Shown here: one piece after another, positions 8,782 to 18,420 of the stretch
Position numbering within the stretch: position 1 is the stretch's first letter
Layout of the letters: every line of letters begins with the position of its first letter
From: an uncultured Gammaproteobacteria bacterium
GTDB lineage: Bacteria > Patescibacteriota > Patescibacteriia > UBA9934 > CAZDDW01
Assembly: GCA_964504365.1 (NCBI GenBank)
Contig: CAZDDW010000004.1
Location: 14,214-78,213 of the forward strand
DNA: 64,000 nt
Reading direction: 5' to 3'
Made by a program: the position numbers and the translations under genes
Notes under the pieces: generated by a model
Database searches by the model: none
The model's input: only the letters and a program-made list of their open reading frames with translations
Told to the model about the DNA's origin: nothing

Positions 8782-11352
8782 CTATTCCAGACTGGCCTCG
8801 AGCCGCTCCAGATTGCTCCAGAACTGCTTGGCCTTGTCCGAACGCTCGGGCAAAGAACCCGTCTGTGTGGGGGAATCCGAGGCGACGGGGGTGTTGTCCT
8901 CGGTTTCGTTGTTGGTGGGATCGATCGTCTCGTCGACGTTCGCGTCCTTTTCCCTCTCTTCCAACCACTCTGCGTAGTCTTCCGAGGCCGTGTCGTAGGT
9001 CCAGTTGGCAGCCACGTAGATGTTGGCCAGGAGCGGGTAGAAAACCATGACGCAGACGAGGAGAATCAATGCAACTACACCAGCAACGGTTCCAGCGCCA
9101 CCTGCAACACCCTTTACCCAGGCATTGTCATCGTTGGAGAGCAGACCCCAGGCCAGACTGACCAAGGACCCCCCAAAGAAGAAACAAAGGACGATCAGGA
9201 CGATCAGACCAAGAACGAAGATGCTCCAATGGACATGAAGTCCTTTGAAGACTGCTCCGAACACGGACTTGGGCCCGTGCTCCTTGACCTTGGCTGTCAG
9301 CACCGCTGCACCAACATCATCGACCTCGAGATCCTTCGGGGTGCTCACCACCGGTGTACCGTTCCAGCGCACCTTCCACTTGCGACCCTGCTCGTCGACT
9401 GACAGCACTTTCGCGCCGCGTGGCAGACAAACCGTGCCCACACCTCGTGCGTCATCGCAGGGAACCAGGGTTCCTGCCGCCTGAGCCTTTGCTGCTGGCG
9501 ACTCACTGACCCAGACTCTGTCCTGGTAATCCGTCACCAGGAAAGCGCGCTCCTCGTCGCTCAGGCCGTACTGCGGCGTGTAGCCGAAGTTCGAAGCCGG
9601 AGTATTCGGAAGCATGGCGTAGATCGGAACCAGCGCAACCGCGCCACCGACCATGGCCACCCGAGCCATCACCGCGAAGAACCTGGCCGTTCCACGAGCC
9701 TGCTTGAAGGCGAAAATGGAACCATACCAGCTGTTCGGGTCTCGATCGACCCAACCAGAGGCAGCCACCGTGCTCGGCGCTGCGTAGAAGAAGAACAGGA
9801 AGGCGCTGGCCATTGCGACCATGCAGATGTGATCGTAGCCGAGAATCCAGTTATTGAACATCGCTGTCAGAATCAGCCCAGTCTCGACCAGGATGATCAA
9901 AGCAATGCCAATACCAGTGTTGCGAGCGTGTTTGCCTCGCTCCTGCTCCGACCCCAACTCACTGTCACCTGTCAGCTTTTCCAGCTGTACATAAGCCACC
10001 TGACCTAGCTTGGTGCTAACGTCAGCGACGTGAGCAGCCAGATCGATTCCGCCCTGGATCAAGTACCCCAAGGACCACGGAATTATGGCCATGAACAGAC
10101 CACCGAACGCGTTGGCGCCGATGGAGATCAGCGGATGAAGATCGGTTGCGAAGAGCAAGACGATCCCACTGACCCACATGGAAAAACCGATGACGAACAA
10201 GGCAATAAGGCCAAAGACCACGCTTCGACCGTCGCCTCGAGCGAACTGGACCAGCTTGTCGCCGGCACTGTCAGACGCACCTCGACTGAAATTGACCACC
10301 CGAGTCCAGATGTTCATCCGGTCGGCCACGTCTGCCACTCTTGCCGTGTTCAGCGACCCTTCAGGCTCGAGAAGACCACGGAAACTCTGGACCACCAGAC
10401 CGATGCGGTCAGGGTTGTCCACGCCGGTGTAGCGGCGCTGAATTCCGTCCTTGTCTCCATCTTTGCCAACCAAGTTCATTGTTGCCAAGTGGTCTTCGAT
10501 GGCCTTGATCACCTTTGCCGGCGCGGGCCTGTTCATGCCGTTGCGGATGAAGAAGGAGTCCTCATGACCACCATCATCACGCCACCTCAGCTCTTCTAGA
10601 ACCGCGTGCAACTTCGTGTGCGCATCTCTGGAGAGTTGCTCGAAGGCCGCCTTGACCTTCTTGCTCGGCTCAGGCAGGACACCCATGCAGTGAGGGCACG
10701 GCTGCAGGCTGAGCTGATTCATGGCCGTGTCGTAGTCGATGTAATCGACGGAGTGACCAAACTGCGGAGTATCCGGGATCTGAGGTGCGTTTCTGCCCCT
10801 CTTCGGTGCATTACGCTTCGACAGGAAGTCCATCACCTTGTTCGTGAGCAGACTCTCATCGATGTGCTCGTGCACGGCTGGGCAGGTGCAGGCAGCCTGA
10901 TCGTCTACGCGCACTGCGGTGTGTACGTAACGACCAAGATAGCCAAGCCCCTTGACCCGAGCCACCACCGGAACCAATCCAGTGAAGTCGTCAGGCAGGT
11001 CACCGATGTCCGAACCGACCAGCGCGTCGGCACCACCAGAAGAGATGGCCTCGAGCAGCCGGTTCAGCTTTTCCTCGGCCTGGATGCGCTCTTCCGCGCT
11101 AACGAACAGGTCGTCAGGCAACGGAAAGTCGATCGCGCTCCCAAGACCACGCACTCCCCAGCTAAGCCACTTCACGGCTGCCGGGTTTTTCTGCAGCTTC
11201 TCGAGCGCTTCCCCGAACATCGTGGAAGTCATTTTCTCGGAGCCGTCGCGAATTCCGTCCTCAAGGAAAGGCCAGATGGCCTGCCCAGCGAAACTAGTGA
11301 AGAATGTCACCAGCGGAGCAACCAGCCCCTTTACCATGTCGTTAGTAACCAT
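8782..11352 (-). CDS. large hypothetical polytopic membrane protein (856 aa), GC-rich island 1
   Basis: single long ORF in about 60-65% GC DNA; multiple predicted TM segments in the middle and C-terminal thirds, CxxC/CxHC pairs, acidic C-terminal tail; no recognisable family. Confidence 0.55.
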   Translation of the reverse strand: MVTNDMVKGLVAPLVTFFTSFAGQAIWPFLEDGIRDGSEKMTSTMFGEALEKLQKNPAAVKWLSWGVRGLGSAIDFPLPDDLFVSAEERIQAEEKLNRLLEAISSGGADALVGSDIGDLPDDFTGLVPVVARVKGLGYLGRYVHTAVRVDDQAACTCPAVHEHIDESLLTNKVMDFLSKRNAPKRGRNAPQIPDTPQFGHSVDYIDYDTAMNQLSLQPCPHCMGVLPEPSKKVKAAFEQLSRDAHTKLHAVLEELRWRDDGGHEDSFFIRNGMNRPAPAKVIKAIEDHLATMNLVGKDGDKDGIQRRYTGVDNPDRIGLVVQSFRGLLEPEGSLNTARVADVADRMNIWTRVVNFSRGASDSAGDKLVQFARGDGRSVVFGLIALFVIGFSMWVSGIVLLFATDLHPLISIGANAFGGLFMAIIPWSLGYLIQGGIDLAAHVADVSTKLGQVAYVQLEKLTGDSELGSEQERGKHARNTGIGIALIILVETGLILTAMFNNWILGYDHICMVAMASAFLFFFYAAPSTVAASGWVDRDPNSWYGSIFAFKQARGTARFFAVMARVAMVGGAVALVPIYAMLPNTPASNFGYTPQYGLSDEERAFLVTDYQDRVWVSESPAAKAQAAGTLVPCDDARGVGTVCLPRGAKVLSVDEQGRKWKVRWNGTPVVSTPKDLEVDDVGAAVLTAKVKEHGPKSVFGAVFKGLHVHWSIFVLGLIVLIVLCFFFGGSLVSLAWGLLSNDDNAWVKGVAGGAGTVAGVVALILLVCVMVFYPLLANIYVAANWTYDTASEDYAEWLEEREKDANVDETIDPTNNETEDNTPVASDSPTQTGSLPERSDKAKQFWSNLERLEASLE

Positions 11353-11503
11353 TTCGAACCTCCGTACGCACAGGCTTTACCTGCCGCACTTGTTTGTGTT
11401 GAATTTAACGTCCAATTTTCAGACGAGTTATATTGAAAAGATCCAGAGAAGTTTTACCTCCCCCGAATCCGAATTTGAACTAAAGTGCAGCAAAAGCTGC
11501 GGA

Positions 11504-11555
11504 TACGGAGAAGGGAGAAATATACCACTTTTGAGCCTTTTTGTCAACCTTGAGA
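11504..11555 (-). promoter_or_regulatory. sigma70-type promoter for the 856-aa ORF: TTGACA-N17-TATATT (minus strand), immediately after the upstream terminator T-tract
   Basis: minus strand reads ...cgcttattttttgtgtctcaaggTTGACAaaaaggctcaaaagtggTATATTtctc. Confidence 0.5.
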
Positions 11556-11600
11556 CACAAAAAATAAGCGAGGTATCTTAGCCTCGCTTATTCATAGTTC
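11556..11600 (-). terminator. intrinsic terminator after FAD-oxidoreductase gene
   Basis: minus-strand AAGCGAGGctaagataCCTCGCTT hairpin followed by ATTTTTTGTG. Confidence 0.55.
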
Positions 11601-11604
11601 AAGC

Positions 11605-12786
11605 TTATTTAAGCTTAGGTATCCCCCGCTTATTTTGAATTGCTTCGGTTAAAATCCTGCGGTCTTTATTCCGTCCCAAAATAGCCGCCCCAACAACCTT
11701 ATCGTTTCGAACAAAAATCTGAGTTAAAGCACCTTGTTCCACGCTTCCCCAAACAACGACCTCATCCGCGGCCCGCTTGTCCGTGTCTCCGATAAATGTA
11801 ATATCCAGTCCAAGCAAACTAATTGCATATGAAGACACTTGTTCATGCGCCGTTCGTTCACCTGCCAGTGTTTTAGCAACAGTCCGACCCTGCATCATGG
11901 CCCGACCCCAATTACCTGCACAATACTGACGGTCAACAATTGGATCAAAACTCTCAGCAATATCACCAACAGCAAATACGTCCGTAATATTGGTTTCCAA
12001 AAACTCATCTGTTTTAATTCCCTGATTGATTTCGACCCCTGAGTCTTGAACCCAAGATAGTTCTGATGAATTTCCAATTGCCACTCCAAGAATCGAACAG
12101 GGTAGATCACCCTTGGTTGTATCAACGGCTTCCAGATTTTGTTCACCACAAGTATTTGTCATTTCGGCCTCAGACAAAACTTGAACATTCTCTTTTTCAA
12201 GATGATCCTGAATTAACTTACCGGCCTGACGATTTAAAATCTTATTCCAAAAATGTTTACCACGAAAAGCAACAACAGTATCAATATTATAATTTTGAAA
12301 AACATTAATAAATTCGCAAGCAATAAACCCCCCACCATGAACAACCGCTTGGGTGCGCAACGCATCATGCTTCAGGCCGCTAATCACAGGCAGCATATGA
12401 TCAACATCGTCAATGGTCCAAAAGTAAACCACCCCTTTTGGTTCGCCAGACACTGTCCGCGGCTCAGTTCCACCAGCAATTACCAGCTTGTCGTACGGTA
12501 ACTCACGCGCGTTATCGAGTTCAATAAATTTATTTTTTGTATCCAATCGACCAGCTCTCTGTCCAAGTAATAATTCAATATTCTGATCCTGATACCATTT
12601 CTCAGATTTCAAAAAACACTTCTCCCGCTCGACCTTGCCGGTCGCGTAATGAGGAAGCAGTACCCGAGAATATAGTGGGTGATGTTCTTCAGAAATAATT
12701 GTAATATTGGCTTCGGAATCAAGCTTGTGCAGCTCTTCGGCACAGCTTGTGCCAGCAATCCCACCACCAACGATGATAACCTGCAT
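11605..12786 (-). CDS. FAD-dependent pyridine nucleotide-disulfide oxidoreductase (ferredoxin/rubredoxin-reductase or NADH-oxidase-like)
   Basis: N-terminal MQVIIVGGGIAGTSCAEE Rossmann FAD motif, second GG motif (VVHGGGFIACEF); start placed at ATG 12786 (1 nt after ferredoxin stop) rather than ORF-track 12819. Confidence 0.75.
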   Translation of the reverse strand: MQVIIVGGGIAGTSCAEELHKLDSEANITIISEEHHPLYSRVLLPHYATGKVEREKCFLKSEKWYQDQNIELLLGQRAGRLDTKNKFIELDNARELPYDKLVIAGGTEPRTVSGEPKGVVYFWTIDDVDHMLPVISGLKHDALRTQAVVHGGGFIACEFINVFQNYNIDTVVAFRGKHFWNKILNRQAGKLIQDHLEKENVQVLSEAEMTNTCGEQNLEAVDTTKGDLPCSILGVAIGNSSELSWVQDSGVEINQGIKTDEFLETNITDVFAVGDIAESFDPIVDRQYCAGNWGRAMMQGRTVAKTLAGERTAHEQVSSYAISLLGLDITFIGDTDKRAADEVVVWGSVEQGALTQIFVRNDKVVGAAILGRNKDRRILTEAIQNKRGIPKLK

Positions 12787-12787
12787 G

Positions 12788-13135
12788 TTATTTTGGATAG
12801 ATTTGATTTCCCTGGTCATCGTAAACTATCACGGCCAGAACAGGACATGACTCGGCAGCCAAGAGAACATCTGCCAATTCCGCGTCAGTCACTTCCATTT
12901 CCCTTTCGTAGATATTTTCGTTCTTCCCATGATCCAATACGTAAGCTTTATTTTCATCATTCATTTCAAAAGTCCGGGGGTCAACAATGGCACATGATCC
13001 AGCTCCGATACATAAATCTGGATCTACTTTTACTTTAATTTTAGGCATATTATTTGCTACGATAATTTTCAATGGCGTTGCGCAGGGCCTGATGTGCCAG
13101 AACTGAACAATGGACTTTGCGAGCCGGCAAACCAC
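12788..13135 (-). CDS. small [4Fe-4S]/[3Fe-4S] ferredoxin
   Basis: CIGAGSCA...ESCP cysteine motif typical of single-cluster ferredoxins; 115 aa; operon with oxidoreductase. Confidence 0.65.
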   Translation of the reverse strand: MVCRLAKSIVQFWHIRPCATPLKIIVANNMPKIKVKVDPDLCIGAGSCAIVDPRTFEMNDENKAYVLDHGKNENIYEREMEVTDAELADVLLAAESCPVLAVIVYDDQGNQIYPK

Positions 13136-13508
13136 CGAGTCGCTCCATCACATCTTGAGGTTTCAATTTTACAGCCTCATCTAGAGTCATGCCTTTATTC
13201 TCAAGAACCATGACCGAGGCCATGCTCGTTGCGGCAATGGCCGAAGCACATCCAAAGGTCTTCCACTTGAAATCCCTGATTCGACTGGTCTTGGGATCAA
13301 CCTTGATCCAAACCCTCATCACATCACCACAAGCTGATGAACCGGTCTCACCAACCGCATCAAACTCACCCGGATCTGGATCGTCTTGCATAAAATTTTT
13401 CGGATTAAAAAAATGTTCTTTCACTTCATCGGAATACATCCAGGCCTCATCTCCGGCATGGTTAATAATATCACCATCTGTCATACTATTTGAAATATTT
13501 ATCATCAA
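13050..13508 (-). CDS. iscU: Fe-S cluster assembly scaffold IscU/NifU N-terminal domain protein
   Basis: conserved ...SACGDVMRV..., FGCASAIAATSM and HCSVLAHQAL motifs (three scaffold Cys + His). Confidence 0.85.
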   Translation of the reverse strand: MMINISNSMTDGDIINHAGDEAWMYSDEVKEHFFNPKNFMQDDPDPGEFDAVGETGSSACGDVMRVWIKVDPKTSRIRDFKWKTFGCASAIAATSMASVMVLENKGMTLDEAVKLKPQDVMERLGGLPARKVHCSVLAHQALRNAIENYRSK

Positions 13509-14682
13509 CTTTCACAGGGCTGATCTTACGCAACTTCTCAACCAATGACGGGAACACCTCAAGGACATAATCAATATCTTCTTCGACGGTCGAACGACCA
13601 AGAGTGAAACGAACTGAACCATGTGCAACTTCTGACGGCAGCCCCAAGGCCATAATAACATGTGATGGATCTAAAGATGCGCTGGTGCAGGCCGATCCTG
13701 TTGAACAATAAACCCTCTGCGCATCCAGATATAAAAGCATGGCCTCGCCCTCAACATCTCCGATCGACATGTTTACATTGTTTGGCAAACGTTTTGTTGG
13801 ATGACCGTTCAGTCGTACTTTGTCGACCCGATTCTTAATACCTTCAATCAATTTATCACGCAATTTAATCAAACGCTCAGATTCTTTTTTCTTTTCAGAA
13901 TCAGCAATCTCAAGCGCCTTTGCAAAACCAACTATCCCGGCAATATTTTCTGTGCCCGGACGAACACCTGACTCCTGTCCTCCGCCATACATCAACGACT
14001 CAACTTTTAGTGTGCGGCGTTTAAATAGCATTCCAACACCTTTTGGTCCATAGATTTTTGATCCATTCAAAGTCATCATGTCAACATGAATTTTCTCAAT
14101 ATTGATTTCCAACGCCCCAGCAGCCTGACAAGCATCAGTGTGAAAAACCAAGTGTTCGGCCTCGTTATCACGGCGATGCTTCTGAATCAAGTTCCCAATC
14201 TCAGCAATTGGCTGAATAACACCGATCTCGTTATTTGCATAAATAATCGAAACAAGGATCGTATCCGGACGAATGGCAGCCATAACCTTTTTCGGATCTA
14301 CCAGACCGTCAGAATCAACATTCAAATAAGTGACCTCAAAGCCCTCTTTTTCCAACTGCTGAGCCACATGCAACACCGCGTGATGTTCGGTCTTAGTCGT
14401 GATAACATGCTTGCCTTTGTCTTGATTTTTGCGGGCATATCCAAGCAAAGCCAGGTTATCTGACTCAGTTCCCCCAGAAGTAAATATAATCTCATCAGCC
14501 CGACAACCAATTACCTTAACCACGTCGGCCCGAGCCTGATCCAGATCATCTGCCACAGCCTTACCCACGGTATGAAAACTCGAAGGATTACCATATTTCT
14601 CAGTTAAATATGGCTGCATAACCTTGAGTACCTCAGGAGCCAAAGGGGTTGTTGCCGCATGGTCTAAATAAACCTGTTTCAT
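13486..14682 (-). CDS. iscS: cysteine desulfurase (IscS/NifS family, class V aminotransferase)
   Basis: MKQVYLDHAATTPLAPEV...GNPSSFHTVG...FTSGGTESDNLA; PLP-Lys region SGSKIYGPKGVG; active-site Cys in STGSACTS. Confidence 0.9.
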   Translation of the reverse strand: MKQVYLDHAATTPLAPEVLKVMQPYLTEKYGNPSSFHTVGKAVADDLDQARADVVKVIGCRADEIIFTSGGTESDNLALLGYARKNQDKGKHVITTKTEHHAVLHVAQQLEKEGFEVTYLNVDSDGLVDPKKVMAAIRPDTILVSIIYANNEIGVIQPIAEIGNLIQKHRRDNEAEHLVFHTDACQAAGALEINIEKIHVDMMTLNGSKIYGPKGVGMLFKRRTLKVESLMYGGGQESGVRPGTENIAGIVGFAKALEIADSEKKKESERLIKLRDKLIEGIKNRVDKVRLNGHPTKRLPNNVNMSIGDVEGEAMLLYLDAQRVYCSTGSACTSASLDPSHVIMALGLPSEVAHGSVRFTLGRSTVEEDIDYVLEVFPSLVEKLRKISPVKVDDKYFK

Positions 14683-14705
14683 AATAAAGCGAGTCTAACA
14701 AAAAA

Positions 14706-14727
14706 ACGCCCTTATTTCAAGGGTGTC
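14706..14727. terminator. bidirectional-looking hairpin CCCTTatttcAAGGG flanked by A/T runs (terminates tRNA-Cys transcript on minus strand)
   Basis: aaaaaacgCCCTTatttcAAGGGtgtcctttt. Confidence 0.5.
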
Positions 14728-14734
14728 CTTTTGC

Positions 14735-14809
14735 TGGAGGCCGCGGTCGGGATCGAACCGACGCATCGAGGTTTTGCAGACCCCTGCGTTACCACTTCGC
14801 CACGCGGCC
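14735..14809 (-). tRNA. tRNA-Cys (anticodon GCA), CCA encoded
   Basis: reverse complement GGCCGCGT...GGGGTCTGCAAAACCTC...GGTTCGATCCCGACCGCGGCCTCCA; anticodon loop CTGCAAA. Confidence 0.8.
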
Positions 14810-14835
14810 ACCTGGGCTAGAATTTATCATAAAAA

Positions 14836-15366
14836 TTAAAAGATTTCAACCGTAGCAAACTTAAGTCCAAAGTTAATCGCGTCAGGAGTTTCACTCATCC
14901 AAATATCCATATGATATGTATAACGTCGGTTCATGCGGTCCTCAACAATAAAAATCTTGTCGCCATAAAGCTCAGGAATTCGCACTCGGGTTCCAATTGG
15001 CAAAAAGTTTGTAGCCACAATACCGTCTCGAACATGAGTATTCGAAGCTGTAATAAACGGAGTTGAGTCAGTTTGCCAAGGCTCTGAAGAATAGGCAGTA
15101 ATAGGTAGTTCGATCAAATATCGCGGCTCAGCCATGGCAGATTTTGGAAACTCTCCGTACTCACGCCATTCGTTTTTCAATGCATCAAAAACAAGTTCCA
15201 GCTCGCGCACTTCGGTTGAGCTAATATCAATCATTGGCTGGACATCGGTAAAAGCTACTGCTGGAACGGAAAAATTAGCCAGACCAACTGATCCAACCAA
15301 GATAAGTAAGAGTTGTTTAAGCTTGTTTTTCATAGGAAATAAAAAATTGTCCTTCTTTGAGGACAT
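14836..15366 (-). CDS. secreted 3D-domain protein (MltA/YocH-like cell-wall associated)
   Basis: signal peptide; C-terminal region with conserved Asp pattern ...GTRVRIPELYGDKIFIVEDRMN...MDIWM resembling pfam 3D domain. Confidence 0.55.
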   Translation of the reverse strand: MSSKKDNFLFPMKNKLKQLLLILVGSVGLANFSVPAVAFTDVQPMIDISSTEVRELELVFDALKNEWREYGEFPKSAMAEPRYLIELPITAYSSEPWQTDSTPFITASNTHVRDGIVATNFLPIGTRVRIPELYGDKIFIVEDRMNRRYTYHMDIWMSETPDAINFGLKFATVEIF

Positions 15367-15473
15367 AACTATAATACCATATTTCTATTGACTTGTCAAG
15401 CTTATTTTAACCACAAGCCGTCTTGCCAATCACCTTATTTTAGAGTAATCTGGGACTCAGAAACACTATTAAT

Positions 15474-18416
15474 ATGGCTTACAAATACACCAAACAAGGA
15501 CCGAGTTGGCGTCGACATAAAATAAAGCGTCGCCGAAGACTACCAAAAAAATTCAACAAAGACCTGCTTTTCAAAAACGCTATTCTTCTCTTGGTTGCGT
15601 TGTTTGTTTTGGGATCAATATTCACTTTGGGAATTTTTGCTTGGGCAGTGAAAGACCTGCCAAATCCAGACGAACTGATTGATCGCAATGTGATTCAGTC
15701 AACCAAAATCTATGACAGCACTGGCGAACACCTGCTCTACGAAATCCATGGCGACAAGAACCGAACTCTGGTCGAACTTGAAAATATTCCGCAAACCCTG
15801 ATCGATGCCACTATTACTGTTGAAGACCAACAGTTCTACAAGCATTCGGGATTCAATCCATTCAGAATTTTTGAGGGTGTGGTTATTGGAACACTGTTCC
15901 GGGGAAGGGCCACTGGCGGATCAACTATTACTCAACAATTTGTGAAGAATGCTGTACTAACCAACGAGCGTCGAATTAGCCGAAAGATCAAGGAATTAAT
16001 TTTATCAATCGAGTTAGAGCGCCGGTTCGAAAAAGATGACATTTTGCAGATGTACTTCAACGAAATCCCATACGGCTCTACTAACTACGGTTGTGAGTCT
16101 GCTTCCCAGGCATACTTTGACAAACCAGTTACAGAATTAACTCTGGCTGAATCAGCAACCCTGGCTGCATTACCAAAAGCACCAAGCCGATATCTGAACA
16201 ACCCAGACCTGCTCGACGAGCGGCGCGATTTAATTCTATTCATGATGGTTGGGGAAGAGTACATCACACAAGAAGAAGCTGACGCAGCCATGGCCGAAGA
16301 AGTTGAAATTCAGGAAAGCGTTTCTAATATCGACGCCCCACACTTTGTGCTTTGGGTAAAACAAATGCTTGAAGAAACCTATGGTGAACGTTTGGTTGAA
16401 CAAGGTGGACTAAAAGTAACAACAACGATTGATTACGAAAAACAAATGATTGCTGAAGATGTGGTAGAAGAAAAGGTTGACGAGCTAGGACCACAACTTG
16501 GTTTTAGTAATGCCTCTCTAGTTGCTATTGATCCATCAAATGGTCATATCTTGGCCATGGTTGGTTCTAAAGATTATTTTGATGAAGACATCGATGGAGC
16601 AGTTAACGTGGCCCTGCGACCACGTCAGCCAGGATCTAGTTTCAAACCAATTGTTTATACCACAGCTTTCACAGAAGGATACACTCCGAACTCTATTCTT
16701 TGGGACGTGGAAACAACTTTCCCAACTGTCACTGGAGACTACGCACCAAAAAATTATGATCTTGGCGAACGAGGGCCAGTAACTATTCGAACAGCTGTTC
16801 AAGGTTCTTTAAATATCCCAGCGGTAAAAATGGTTTATTTAACTGAGATCGAAGATGCCCTTACCTTTGCCGAAGGATTGGGCTACACCACTTTTGAGGA
16901 TCGCTCACGTTTTGGTTTATCTGTTGTGCTTGGTGGTGCTGAGGTTGAACTACTTGAACATGTTGGGGCTTATGCCACTTTTGCTAATGAGGGTGTTCAC
17001 CACGAGCCGGTTTCCATTCTAAAAGTTGAGGATCCTGACGGCGAAGTTCTTGAAGAATGGGAAGAATCAAAAGGTTCTCAGGCTCTTGAAGAAAATATTG
17101 CACGCATGATTTCTGATGTGCTTTCAGATAACGCTGCGCGTTCATATGTCTTCGGCACTGGTAGTTATCTTCAACTAGAAGATCGACCAGTGGCAGCCAA
17201 AACCGGAACCACAAACGACTATCGAGACGCCTGGCTTCTTGGTTATACACCATCACTGGCTGCAGGAGTCTGGGCTGGAAACAATGATAACAGCGAAATG
17301 GTTCACGGAGCTGGTGGCTCAACTGCAGCTGGACCAATTTGGAATGCATTCATGAGCCAAGCCTTAGCAGGATCTGCTATTGAACCCTTTACTGAACCAG
17401 AAATCCCAGTAACTGGAAACTCTATTTTGGACGGACAACTTCCAGTACAAACCGTGACCCTCGACACAGCCTCTGGAAAATTGGCAACAGACTATACTCC
17501 TGAGTCATATCGGCAAACAACCACTTACGCCGAATACCACACCACACTACATTACATCGACAAAGACGATCCGCTTGGTGGCACACCAAAAAACCCAGAC
17601 AATGATCCGATGTATGAACCATGGGAAAATGCAGTTGTCGATTGGATCGCCCGCCAGCAAGCTGAGACCGGTATTATTATTGAGCAAGGCTCAGCCCCTA
17701 CTGAATATGATGACCTGCACGTGCCTTCAAATTTCCCTGACGTAGAAATTACATCCCCTGAGTCAAATGAAGAAATAACTTCTCGCAACATAGAATTATC
17801 CACTGACGCCAGTGCGCCGCGTGGCTTGTCACGAATCGAATATTATATCGACGGGCTGTATTTAACGGCAGATACTACCCCGGGTTCTTCAACTCATATT
17901 CTTCTGCCAAACACTATCGGTCGTGGCTGGCACGATCTGGAAGCGATTGCCTACGACGACATCGACAATTCCAGCGTCCACGAAATCAGTATCAATGTTC
18001 AAGTTGAACCAGCTGATAGTTCTTTTAGTTTTCAATCACCAACCAATGGACAAAATATTGACCCAATCGATCAAACATTCTCCGTCGTGCTCGAATTATC
18101 AGATTACGAAAATTATCATTCAATATCTCTTTATGGTGAGCCGGTGGGTACGGGATCAAAAACATTTGCTGGCAGCCTGACTGGTCCATCCTCACCATTC
18201 GTGACCATTGACTGGACACTGCCTGTTGCAGGTGATTACATCCTAACCGCGCGAGCCGATGCTCTCAGTGGCCCAGACATCGAAACTCTGGGAATACTAG
18301 TTCATGTTAGCGACGTGGTTCCAGAACCAGAAGAAGACCTCTCCGAGGGGAATGACGCCGGTAACGGCGTTATCGATGAGGAAGAACCTCCACCAAACCT
18401 AAACCCATTTGAATAG
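15474..18416 (+). CDS. class A penicillin-binding protein (PBP1A; transglycosylase + transpeptidase) with about 300-aa C-terminal extension
   Basis: GT51 motifs EDQQFYKHSGFNPF, GGSTITQQFVKN; transpeptidase SSFKP (SxxK), SLN, KTGTT; N-terminal TM anchor. Confidence 0.9.
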   Translation: MAYKYTKQGPSWRRHKIKRRRRLPKKFNKDLLFKNAILLLVALFVLGSIFTLGIFAWAVKDLPNPDELIDRNVIQSTKIYDSTGEHLLYEIHGDKNRTLVELENIPQTLIDATITVEDQQFYKHSGFNPFRIFEGVVIGTLFRGRATGGSTITQQFVKNAVLTNERRISRKIKELILSIELERRFEKDDILQMYFNEIPYGSTNYGCESASQAYFDKPVTELTLAESATLAALPKAPSRYLNNPDLLDERRDLILFMMVGEEYITQEEADAAMAEEVEIQESVSNIDAPHFVLWVKQMLEETYGERLVEQGGLKVTTTIDYEKQMIAEDVVEEKVDELGPQLGFSNASLVAIDPSNGHILAMVGSKDYFDEDIDGAVNVALRPRQPGSSFKPIVYTTAFTEGYTPNSILWDVETTFPTVTGDYAPKNYDLGERGPVTIRTAVQGSLNIPAVKMVYLTEIEDALTFAEGLGYTTFEDRSRFGLSVVLGGAEVELLEHVGAYATFANEGVHHEPVSILKVEDPDGEVLEEWEESKGSQALEENIARMISDVLSDNAARSYVFGTGSYLQLEDRPVAAKTGTTNDYRDAWLLGYTPSLAAGVWAGNNDNSEMVHGAGGSTAAGPIWNAFMSQALAGSAIEPFTEPEIPVTGNSILDGQLPVQTVTLDTASGKLATDYTPESYRQTTTYAEYHTTLHYIDKDDPLGGTPKNPDNDPMYEPWENAVVDWIARQQAETGIIIEQGSAPTEYDDLHVPSNFPDVEITSPESNEEITSRNIELSTDASAPRGLSRIEYYIDGLYLTADTTPGSSTHILLPNTIGRGWHDLEAIAYDDIDNSSVHEISINVQVEPADSSFSFQSPTNGQNIDPIDQTFSVVLELSDYENYHSISLYGEPVGTGSKTFAGSLTGPSSPFVTIDWTLPVAGDYILTARADALSGPDIETLGILVHVSDVVPEPEEDLSEGNDAGNGVIDEEEPPPNLNPFE

Positions 18417-18420
18417 CATT

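Noticed and set aside
10606-11581. Plus-strand ORFs 10606-11436 and 10952-11581 antisense to the 856-aa gene
   Set aside because: Low-complexity Arg/Ser-rich translations. They span the mapped promoter/5' UTR of the 856-aa gene; judged spurious.
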